Shown here piece after piece: positions 54,609-62,721 of a stretch of 64,000 nt of DNA. How positions within the stretch are numbered: the first letter of the stretch is position 1; every line of letters starts with the position of its first letter. The DNA comes from an uncultured Flavobacteriales bacterium (GTDB taxonomy: Bacteria; Bacteroidota; Bacteroidia; Flavobacteriales_D; Crocinitomicaceae): the NCBI GenBank assembly GCA_938092255.1, contig CALKHF010000043.1:73-64072 (forward strand), given 5' to 3'. The position numbers and the translations under genes were made by a program. Below the pieces are notes generated by a model. The model was not told the DNA's origin, ran no database searches, and saw only the letters and a program-made list of their open reading frames with translations.

Positions 54609-56363
54609 TTATTTCAGTAAATGTATAAATCCGCTTGCGGATCCTTGACTATGGGTCAGTTTATAAAAATAAACGCCTTCAGGAAGTTTTTCTCCAAGTA
54701 TAGAATTTCCGTTGAATGAAGGCTCTCCTCTTTTTTGAACATATACTTGATTACCCCAACGATCTCTTACCGTTAAAGTGAAATCACTGCACTTACCTAA
54801 ATATTTTTCTACCTCAATTTTATCATTGACACTGTCGTCATTTGCCGTAATAACATTAGGAAATTCAAATTGCTTGTACTCAAATATATTTTCAACATTT
54901 AACTCAATTTGAGAAACTTCAGATTCACATCCATTAAGGACATAATAAACACTATACAAACCAGAATTTGCAACATCTAGTTCAAATGCATTTACCAAAT
55001 CTTGTGATTCAAATTCCAATGGTCCTGCCCAATAAAATTCCGCACCTGAAATGTCTTCAACAGACAAGTCAATAATATCACTAGGACATTCAACGGTCGC
55101 TTGAGAAAGAATTTCAGGTAAAGCTAAATCTTCAACTGTCAATTCTAGTGATGCAATTGAATCACAACCATTAGAACTAGGGAGTGTTACAGAATAAGAA
55201 CCTCCATTATTAACAACTAAGCCATTCCAATCAAAAGGCAAATCACTCGAACAAGCGTCCAATTGCGTAATACTTGTAACGGCAGGATTAATTGTGAATG
55301 CCAAATTTACTGTTGAGTCACAACCAGTAACAGAACTTGATAATGTTACAGCATAATCACCCTCCTCATCTAAAGAATAACCATTCCATTCGACAGGAAG
55401 ATCGCTATCGCAAGTCGTTATAGCTGTGTATGTATTAAGAACGGGGTAAATTGTAATTTCAAAGTAAGATTCATCAACAGTAGAATTATAACCTATCACC
55501 GTGTAGGTAAATGTATACGTACCAGGTGTTAAATTATCTGTATTCAAAATTCCCGTCACTGGGTCAAATGCCCCAGAAGCAGAAGTTTCAGTAAATGATC
55601 CTAAGTCTGAACCTGTAGAAATTAAGGTATTTAAATCAATAAAAGATTCCGAATCATTACAGGTACTTGACACATCGTTTTCACCCGCATCAGGAATAAG
55701 AGGTAAAATACAAATAGAGACATTTGAAGAATCTATGAGCCAATCTCCAGACAATTCATCAAAGGGATTAGCGTTGTTTGGATTATCACAACAAAGATTT
55801 TGTTCCAAGATTTCAGCAAATATTGAGCCCGAAACACCTTCTGCGGAGGGATTGTTTTCCATATCGATTTCACAAGTCAAAATAGTTCCTCCACATTCAA
55901 TCAGTCCACCGTGATTCCGAAGTCTATCAGAACAAGTAATTGAACCTGAATTACAAATGTATCCATCGTTGTGCAAATATTCGATAGAAGAAAATCCTGA
56001 ATTAAACAACTCACCATTCAACTCAAATTCACCAATCAAACTAAAACTACCATCAACGATTACAGTTGAACCGATTTGAGTCTCCATATCATTAACTGTA
56101 GAAAAATCTCCAGAAACGTTAACAATCAAAACTCCACTAATATTGATTGATGACGAGGCATCGACAACATGATTAATTATCACCGTATCACCTGCTTGAA
56201 TGTTGTTATTCGGGCATCCGTTATCCCAAATTGCACAATCATTATAAGATCCGTCCGCAATTGTCGTAAACGTAGTCGCATGGCCAAAATTGACTAGCAA
56301 TAACGAAAACATCACAGATAGGGTGATGTTCAAAATAGAGATTTTTAAAATATTAGTTTTCAC
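54609..56363 (-). CDS. T9SS type B CTD cargo protein with unassigned N-terminal head
   Basis: 584 aa with a GTG start. It has two Cys-repeat units (TGCDSTVNLAFTINP, NGCDSIASLELTVED) and an Ig-like module (FYWAGPLEF). The type B CTD reads FPNVITANDDSVNDKI...GVYFYKL..GFIHLLK. Confidence 0.8.
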   Translation of the reverse strand: MKTNILKISILNITLSVMFSLLLVNFGHATTFTTIADGSYNDCAIWDNGCPNNNIQAGDTVIINHVVDASSSINISGVLIVNVSGDFSTVNDMETQIGSTVIVDGSFSLIGEFELNGELFNSGFSSIEYLHNDGYICNSGSITCSDRLRNHGGLIECGGTILTCEIDMENNPSAEGVSGSIFAEILEQNLCCDNPNNANPFDELSGDWLIDSSNVSICILPLIPDAGENDVSSTCNDSESFIDLNTLISTGSDLGSFTETSASGAFDPVTGILNTDNLTPGTYTFTYTVIGYNSTVDESYFEITIYPVLNTYTAITTCDSDLPVEWNGYSLDEEGDYAVTLSSSVTGCDSTVNLAFTINPAVTSITQLDACSSDLPFDWNGLVVNNGGSYSVTLPSSNGCDSIASLELTVEDLALPEILSQATVECPSDIIDLSVEDISGAEFYWAGPLEFESQDLVNAFELDVANSGLYSVYYVLNGCESEVSQIELNVENIFEYKQFEFPNVITANDDSVNDKIEVEKYLGKCSDFTLTVRDRWGNQVYVQKRGEPSFNGNSILGEKLPEGVYFYKLTHSQGSASGFIHLLK

Positions 56364-56453
56364 GATAAATCTATGTTCTTTGTCTGATAAGACGTACCTT
56401 AACTTAAATAGGTTGCACTAAGTTACAAAAAAATTAAAGAGCAACAAATTATA

Positions 56454-58832
56454 CTATCTTATAACATGTAAATAACCAGTTTGTTCATCACGCTTATAGA
56501 CCGGATTAAAGAGATTGAAGTCATTAATTTCAATATTTTCAAGGGTATTTGTATCTGGTGCACGTAAAACATCTAAGGTATAATAATACACCCCCTCATC
56601 AAGAAGCTTATCGTTCATTGTTTTTCCCGAGAAATTAGGAGTTGATAAAAATGTTGGATAAGATAAATACATCATTACATCCTTAAATTGAGAATACACC
56701 AAATTACCCCATCTATTATAGATCCTAAAGTCAAAACCATGACATGGAGAAATTAAAGTTTCAACGTCCACCTCATCATTAATCCCATCTGCGTTAGGTG
56801 TAATTACATTAGGAAATGTAAATTCCTGAAAGCCATTCTCAATACCAATTTCAATCATAGATGTGTCTGATGAACAATCATTTAAGATGTAATAAGCAGA
56901 ATAATTATCACTAAGGGAATTGGCAAAATATGCCTCTTCGAGATTTAATTCATTAGTAGATTGATTTGAAGTATATCCATATTCGTTATACCAATAATAT
57001 TGGGCCCCTGAAACTTCTTGCATTGATATTATTACTGGTTCAAAAAAACAACTGACTGGACTATTCGAAGTCAACTCCGGTGCAACAGGTGTTGGGTTTA
57101 CTGTCAAATTTACGGTCACCAAAGAATCACAACCAAATTCGCTTTGAAGACCAAAATTGTATGAGCCTCCGGTTAAAAATGACTGCCCTTCGAAAAGAAA
57201 CTCTTCTCCTTCACAAACCTCAAAATTTTCAGATGTATTAAAAATTGGATGCACAGTCAAATTCAATTCTACAATTGAATCACACCCATCGGAGGTTTGG
57301 ATTAAAGAAGTATATAATCCGGTTTCAGTCAGCACATCTCCGTTAAACTCATAAGTTTCGCCTTGACAGATTGAATTATCATATTGATACTCTGGAGTAG
57401 GATTCACAGTTAGGTTTAACGTAATTGTCGAATCACACCCTTGGCCGTTTAAAACAACGTTTTCATAAGATCCGGTTGCATCATACTGGATACCACCGAA
57501 TTCGTAATAGGATCCTGAACATATTGATTCGTCAATTGAAGATTCAAGTTCTAGTAAAACAGTGAGGTTAAGCGTAATTGTCGAATCGCAACCCTGAGTG
57601 TTTTCAGTAGTATATATATACGTCCCAGACTCGTTGTATTGATTGCCTCCAAAATCATAATTAGCTCCAAAGCAAATTGATTCATTGATGACAGATTCCA
57701 ATTCCGGTAAAACGGTCAAGTCTAACATGACCGTAGAATCACACCCATTCACATCCGTAAAAACTTCTTGATACACACCGGTTACAGCATAGTCAGTTGA
57801 CCCTAAATTATACGTATTTCCTTGACATATAATCTCATTTAAATTTGTTTCTTGAACAGGGTTTACTGTAACTTGAACCGTGTCCTGAACTGGGCATGAA
57901 TTCGGATTTGACGATAATATAGTTGTCACGATGTACTCTTCTGTAATGGGGTAAGGGCTAGAATTAATAAGAGTAATAGAAGGATCAGATAAGGTGCTAT
58001 CATTCATGTTTACTTCCGTATTCCAAAAATACAAAAACTCCGAGTTGTTGGCTGTGCCTACTTGAAAAGTCTCACCACTGCAAATTGATACATCAGGACC
58101 AGCATCTGCCGAAGCAATATCTGCATAAATAGTAACATCTCTTACACTGTGCTTATCAGTAGACCCACCTGTGCTTGCTGTAAAACCCATGTATCCCGAA
58201 AAATTCACATTGTAATTTGCCGTTAAGTAAAGGGTCCCGTTAATGGTTACTGTAATTTCGCCGTAATTATAGCTTATTTCTGCAGTCGAGTAATCAAAAG
58301 ACCTTAAAAAGCTTAAGGTGCCGCCAACATTATCCAAGCTTGTAATTCCCGGTATGCATTCATTGTATCCTGGACCGCTGTATATCTGTATTCCTGGATT
58401 GGGTCCGCCGCAATTATTATAGGTATCAAGAATCACCTTTATTCCATTCGCCGTTGATGGAATACCAACCCCTCCTCCACTCACAAAACCTGTAGGAGGA
58501 ACATCTAAGAAACAAAACGCAATACCATCTGCGGCTGACCCCTCAAACATTCTAAAATCAAACTTCACATTCCATTGATTACAGGTGCCTAAATCTATTG
58601 GTTGAGAATAAAAAATGGCACCACTGGTGCTATTTACGGCATCTGTCAAGATCAGCTCATTATTAAAATTATCAGCATCACCACCAGTATCACCTGTGTA
58701 GGCAGCACCTGTAATATTCCATCCTGTAGTAATCATATCAGGATTGCCTTGTAATTCCGCAAAAATTACTTGAGTAAATGAATTGTTTGAGAAAAGAGCG
58801 ATAATCAAAAAAACAAATAGCCGGACTTTCAT
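56454..58832 (-). CDS. T9SS type B CTD cargo protein with legume-lectin-like head and five Cys-repeat units
   Basis: I trimmed the start to MKVRLFVFLIIALFSNNSFTQ (ATG 58832). The track start at 58943 would overlap the ABC-F 3' end. The lectin-like block reads SGAIFYSQPIDL...FDFRMFEGSAADGIAFCF. The type B CTD reads FPNVITPNADGINDEV...GVYYYTL. Confidence 0.85.
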   Translation of the reverse strand: MKVRLFVFLIIALFSNNSFTQVIFAELQGNPDMITTGWNITGAAYTGDTGGDADNFNNELILTDAVNSTSGAIFYSQPIDLGTCNQWNVKFDFRMFEGSAADGIAFCFLDVPPTGFVSGGGVGIPSTANGIKVILDTYNNCGGPNPGIQIYSGPGYNECIPGITSLDNVGGTLSFLRSFDYSTAEISYNYGEITVTINGTLYLTANYNVNFSGYMGFTASTGGSTDKHSVRDVTIYADIASADAGPDVSICSGETFQVGTANNSEFLYFWNTEVNMNDSTLSDPSITLINSSPYPITEEYIVTTILSSNPNSCPVQDTVQVTVNPVQETNLNEIICQGNTYNLGSTDYAVTGVYQEVFTDVNGCDSTVMLDLTVLPELESVINESICFGANYDFGGNQYNESGTYIYTTENTQGCDSTITLNLTVLLELESSIDESICSGSYYEFGGIQYDATGSYENVVLNGQGCDSTITLNLTVNPTPEYQYDNSICQGETYEFNGDVLTETGLYTSLIQTSDGCDSIVELNLTVHPIFNTSENFEVCEGEEFLFEGQSFLTGGSYNFGLQSEFGCDSLVTVNLTVNPTPVAPELTSNSPVSCFFEPVIISMQEVSGAQYYWYNEYGYTSNQSTNELNLEEAYFANSLSDNYSAYYILNDCSSDTSMIEIGIENGFQEFTFPNVITPNADGINDEVDVETLISPCHGFDFRIYNRWGNLVYSQFKDVMMYLSYPTFLSTPNFSGKTMNDKLLDEGVYYYTLDVLRAPDTNTLENIEINDFNLFNPVYKRDEQTGYLHVIR
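57095..57860 (-). repeat. Five tandem in-frame units of about 50 aa (about 150 nt) of a Cys-containing repeat: C.G..Y.F.G......G.Y........GCDS.(I/V).L.LTV.P
   Basis: The unit ends read NGCDSTVMLDLTVLP, QGCDSTITLNLTVLL, QGCDSTITLNLTVNP, DGCDSIVELNLTVHP and FGCDSLVTVNLTVNP. The DNA word cgtaattgtcgaatc recurs at 57420 and 57573, giving a 153-nt period. Confidence 0.75.
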
Positions 58833-58887
58833 GGGTTTAGTTGAACACAAAAATCGGATTTTTTTTTGATAATCTAAATATTGTGGA

Positions 58888-60750
58888 TTATACATATTCT
58901 GCAAGCTCCATCCAACGCTCTGTTTTTTGGTCAATGAGTTCAACGACTATCCCTAGCCTTTTTCCCATGTCATATAAATCAGTATTGCTTCTAGATTCAT
59001 CCGAAAGGCCTTCTGTTAATTCCGCTTTCTCTACCTCAAGATTTTCAAGGTCTTTCTCTAGCTGATTAAACTCTTCTTTTTCTTTGAAGCTTAATTTGAT
59101 TTTCTTTTGTTCTTTAGAATTATTCTTTGCTTCTGTTTTTTTTATTGAATTCCCGGTCCTCTTGTCTTTTTGAACCTGCTTTTCATTTTTTCTAAAATCA
59201 GTATAATTCCCCAAAATATCTTTGACTTCTCCGCCGCCCTGAAACACAAGTAAATGGTCGACCATTTTATCCATAAAGTATCTGTCATGTGATACCACAA
59301 TTAAGCATCCTTTAAAGTTCCTTAAATACTCCTCTAGAACCGCCATGGCAAAAATATCTAGGTCATTTGTCGGTTCATCCAGAATCAGAAAGTTAGGATT
59401 CCCCATTAAAACCCGAAGCAATTTCAATCTCCGCTTTTCTCCACCACTTAACTTTCGAACAAAATTGTAATGCATGCTACGTGGAAATAAAAAACGTTCC
59501 AAAAGCTGCGCTGCAGAAAGTTGTTTGCCTTTTTCAAGAGGGATAAACTCCGCAACCTCTTTTACAACATCGATTACTTTGTAGTCGTCATTTACTTTGA
59601 TTAATTCCTGACTAAAATGTCCAAAAACTACAGTTTCGCCCACCACTATCTTTCCTTTATCGAGTGGCTCTGTACCCAATAACATTTTAAGAAATGTTGT
59701 CTTCCCTGTTCCATTTTTTCCAACGATACCCATACGCTCCTTTCGTTGGACGTTATATGAAAAACTATTAAGTATAGAGAGGTCTCCAAATGATTTTCCA
59801 ATTTTATGAAATTCAACTATTTTGGATCCTAGTCGTTCCATTTTTACAGGCAGTTCTAACTCGTCCTCATCAAGTCTTTGAGATGCTGTTTTTTTTATGT
59901 CTTGAAAAGCATCTACTCTTGCTTTTTGTTTTGTTCCTCTTGCTTTCGGTTGACGGCGTATCCAATCCAGCTCCTTTCTAAATGAATTTCTTGCCTTTTC
60001 AATCGTCGATTGCAATTGCTCCTGACGTTCCGCCTTTTTTTCCAAATAATAGGAGAAATTTCCTTTATACTTATACAAACTTTCATCTGCCAATTCAAAA
60101 ATAGTATCGCAAACTACTTCCAAAAAGTAACGGTCGTGGGTAACCATTAGAATTGTCGATTTTGAGGTCGATAGATAGGATTCTAACCACTCAATCATGT
60201 CCAGGTCTAAATGATTGGTTGGTTCATCTAAAAATAAAAAATCAGCTTCAGAAAGTAAAACCTTTATTAGAGCAACACGCTTTTTTTGACCTCCAGAAAG
60301 ATTATTAATCAACTGAGAATCATCTTCGAGTTTAAAAACAGACAACAATTGATTTACTTTTGATTCTAAATCCCATGCATCCAAATCTGTCAACTCTTGA
60401 AAGAGATTGCTCAACTTATCTTCATCTCTAGATTCAATTGCTTCGTTGTAATCTTTGATTAACCTCAGTTTTGGAGATTCATGATCATAAATTACTTCGT
60501 CTATCGTTTTATTTAAGGGCAGGTTTTCCGACTGCTCCATAAAAGCAACTTGAATATCCTTTCTAAAAACTATTGTACCACTGTCATACTGTTCCCTTTC
60601 CATAAGACAGTTCAGAAGCGTGGTTTTACCCGAACCATTTTTTGCAACAATGGCAACTTTTTGACCTTGATCAATACCAAACGTGACATCAGAAAACAGA
60701 ATTCGTTCTCCAAATGATTTCGTTAAATTTTCTACAGACAAGAAATTCAT
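58888..60750 (-). CDS. ABC-F family ATPase (two NBDs, no TM domain; translation-factor type)
   Basis: 620 aa. It has two Walker A sites (AKNGSGKTT, GKNGTGKTT) and two signatures (LSGGQKKR, LSGGEKRR). An inter-domain linker is present. The C-terminal tail is Lys/Glu-rich and coiled-coil-like. Confidence 0.92.
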   Translation of the reverse strand: MNFLSVENLTKSFGERILFSDVTFGIDQGQKVAIVAKNGSGKTTLLNCLMEREQYDSGTIVFRKDIQVAFMEQSENLPLNKTIDEVIYDHESPKLRLIKDYNEAIESRDEDKLSNLFQELTDLDAWDLESKVNQLLSVFKLEDDSQLINNLSGGQKKRVALIKVLLSEADFLFLDEPTNHLDLDMIEWLESYLSTSKSTILMVTHDRYFLEVVCDTIFELADESLYKYKGNFSYYLEKKAERQEQLQSTIEKARNSFRKELDWIRRQPKARGTKQKARVDAFQDIKKTASQRLDEDELELPVKMERLGSKIVEFHKIGKSFGDLSILNSFSYNVQRKERMGIVGKNGTGKTTFLKMLLGTEPLDKGKIVVGETVVFGHFSQELIKVNDDYKVIDVVKEVAEFIPLEKGKQLSAAQLLERFLFPRSMHYNFVRKLSGGEKRRLKLLRVLMGNPNFLILDEPTNDLDIFAMAVLEEYLRNFKGCLIVVSHDRYFMDKMVDHLLVFQGGGEVKDILGNYTDFRKNEKQVQKDKRTGNSIKKTEAKNNSKEQKKIKLSFKEKEEFNQLEKDLENLEVEKAELTEGLSDESRSNTDLYDMGKRLGIVVELIDQKTERWMELAEYV

Positions 60751-60851
60751 ATTCGTGCAGAATTTTCTGCGAAGTTAGAAGAATACTTCTTTCTACTCAA
60801 GCGATAAGCAAGCAAAGGTGAGAATTTATAAAATATCCTTACTTTAGACAT

Positions 60852-62633
60852 ATGAAAATTATCAAAAAGATGAAGAAAATCATAGCGCTATTATTCTTTT
60901 TAATGACAAATTTATTGTCAAATGCGCAAGCTCCAGAGGGAGTTAACTATCAAGCTGTAATTCGAGATAATCTTGGAAATCCAATAGAGAACGATTTCGT
61001 TGGAATTAAAATTGGAATATACCAAAACACAACCACAGGAACTCTAGTATTTGAAGAATCTTTTACTCCGAATACGAATGCGTTTGGATTGGTGAATTTT
61101 ATTATTGGTCAAGGAGAATTAATAAGTGGTGATTTCTCTATTATTGATTGGGCAGCAGGACCCTATTTCATAGAAATATCAGCGGACATTGATGGAGGTG
61201 TTAATTACGAAATTATTGGTACTCAAGAGCTAATGAGTGTGCCATATGCGCTTTATGCTAAAACAGCAGGAAACGGACCACAAGGACCACAGGGACCCGT
61301 TGGTGCTGATGGACCGCAAGGTCCTGTTGGATTAACTGGCGCAACAGGGGCTCAAGGAGACCCCGGACCGCAAGGACCCATTGGTGCAGAGGGACCGCAA
61401 GGTCCTATTGGATTAACTGGCGCAACAGGGGCTCAAGGAGACCCTGGCCCCACAGGTAACGATGGACCTCAGGGAATCCAGGGTGTCCAAGGAATACAAG
61501 GTGATCCAGGGGCGGATGGCCTATTGCCCAACGGAACATCAATTGGAAATACAACTTTTTGGGATGGTTCAGAATGGGTTGTTGACAACAATAATTTATT
61601 TAATGCAGGAGGAAATATTGGCGTAGGAACTGCTACTCCTGGAACTAAATTGGAAGTGTCAGAAGGAGATATTGCAATAAATTCACCATTCAAATACAAA
61701 GTTAAAGACGCCATAGATGGCGACAACTTTCTTATGTATGAGCCAACAGTAGATGGCTTGAGATTGAATGGCTATGACGCGGTATTTATAACCACAACCG
61801 ATGCTACAAATGCAACAGCGGGACAAGACTTGGTAGTCAGAAATGGCCGTGTAGGCATTAACACGAATACACCCTCACAAGGGCTTTTACATGTAAATGG
61901 ATACTACTCGGATCCGTTTGGAAATTACACTTTTTATGCCACAGGACCTAATACGGGTACTGGTACTGCAACGAATTTGAACACAAGCATATTTGCTACA
62001 CACCGCATTGTAGCGGGGGAGTTTAATGCCATTTCAGATGCCAGAATAAAGAATATTGATGGGCTTTCAAGCTCAGAAAATGACCTTAAAACTTTAAATA
62101 AAATAGAAGTGACAGACTATCACATGATCGACCCTTCACATGGAAAAAAACCAATCAAGAAAGCAATTGCCCAGCAACTCGAGGAAATTTACCCACAAGC
62201 CGTTTCAATATCAACAAATACAATACCCGACATCTATCAGCTGGCGGAATGCCATAATGGAACTATTGATTTAACCAACAAACTATCGAACGGAGACCGT
62301 GTAAAGCTGATTTTTGAAAATAAAGATATCATTTCAAATGTTATTTATGCAGACAAAAACAGTTTTAAAATTGATTCAGATGTATCTGGAAAAGTTTTTG
62401 TTTACGGCCGAGAGGTTAATGATTTTCGGACCGTTGATTATGATGCTATATCGATGCTCAATGTTTCTGCAACGCAAGAATTACATAAAAGAATCAAAGC
62501 TTTAGAAAACGAAAATAAAACACTTAAAGAAAAAAACTCCGAATTGATGGGACTCAAAAGTAAAATCGAAACACTAGAAAGAAGTGTATCTCTTTTATTG
62601 GAGGAAAAAAACACAGTTAAAATCAAACCTTGA
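60852..62633 (+). CDS. Secreted collagen-like tail-fibre-domain protein with S74-type C-terminal chaperone domain and coiled-coil tail
   Basis: 593 aa with a signal peptide ending SNAQA. It contains 28 uninterrupted G-X-Y triplets. The signature SDARIKNIDGL...LNKIEVTDY is followed by the heptad-rich tail KALENENKTLKEKNSELMGLKSKIETLERS. Confidence 0.85.
   Translation: MKIIKKMKKIIALLFFLMTNLLSNAQAPEGVNYQAVIRDNLGNPIENDFVGIKIGIYQNTTTGTLVFEESFTPNTNAFGLVNFIIGQGELISGDFSIIDWAAGPYFIEISADIDGGVNYEIIGTQELMSVPYALYAKTAGNGPQGPQGPVGADGPQGPVGLTGATGAQGDPGPQGPIGAEGPQGPIGLTGATGAQGDPGPTGNDGPQGIQGVQGIQGDPGADGLLPNGTSIGNTTFWDGSEWVVDNNNLFNAGGNIGVGTATPGTKLEVSEGDIAINSPFKYKVKDAIDGDNFLMYEPTVDGLRLNGYDAVFITTTDATNATAGQDLVVRNGRVGINTNTPSQGLLHVNGYYSDPFGNYTFYATGPNTGTGTATNLNTSIFATHRIVAGEFNAISDARIKNIDGLSSSENDLKTLNKIEVTDYHMIDPSHGKKPIKKAIAQQLEEIYPQAVSISTNTIPDIYQLAECHNGTIDLTNKLSNGDRVKLIFENKDIISNVIYADKNSFKIDSDVSGKVFVYGREVNDFRTVDYDAISMLNVSATQELHKRIKALENENKTLKEKNSELMGLKSKIETLERSVSLLLEEKNTVKIKP
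61269..61520 (+). repeat. Collagen G-X-Y triplet region containing an 81-bp near-perfect direct DNA duplication
   Basis: The region begins GNGPQGPQGPVGADGPQGPVGLTGATGAQGDPGPQGPIGAEGPQGPIGLTGATGAQGDPG... The DNA from 61311 and from 61392 is identical at 53 of the first 54 positions (ggaccgcaaggtcct[g/a]ttggattaactggcgcaacaggggctcaaggagaccc). Confidence 0.88.
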
Positions 62634-62721
62634 TTAAAAAAAATCAAACATCGTTCTAGAAGGTAGTGTAAACTTTACTTAAAAGAATATCTTTGCCGCT
62701 TTAAAAAACAACAAGGCAAAG

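Noticed and set aside
58833-58943. N-terminal 37-codon extension of the lectin-head cargo ORF as given in the track
   Set aside because: The extension would overlap the 3' end of the ABC-F gene on the same strand and has no signal peptide. A perfect signal peptide (MKVRLFVFLIIALFSNNSFTQ) starts at the ATG at 58832.
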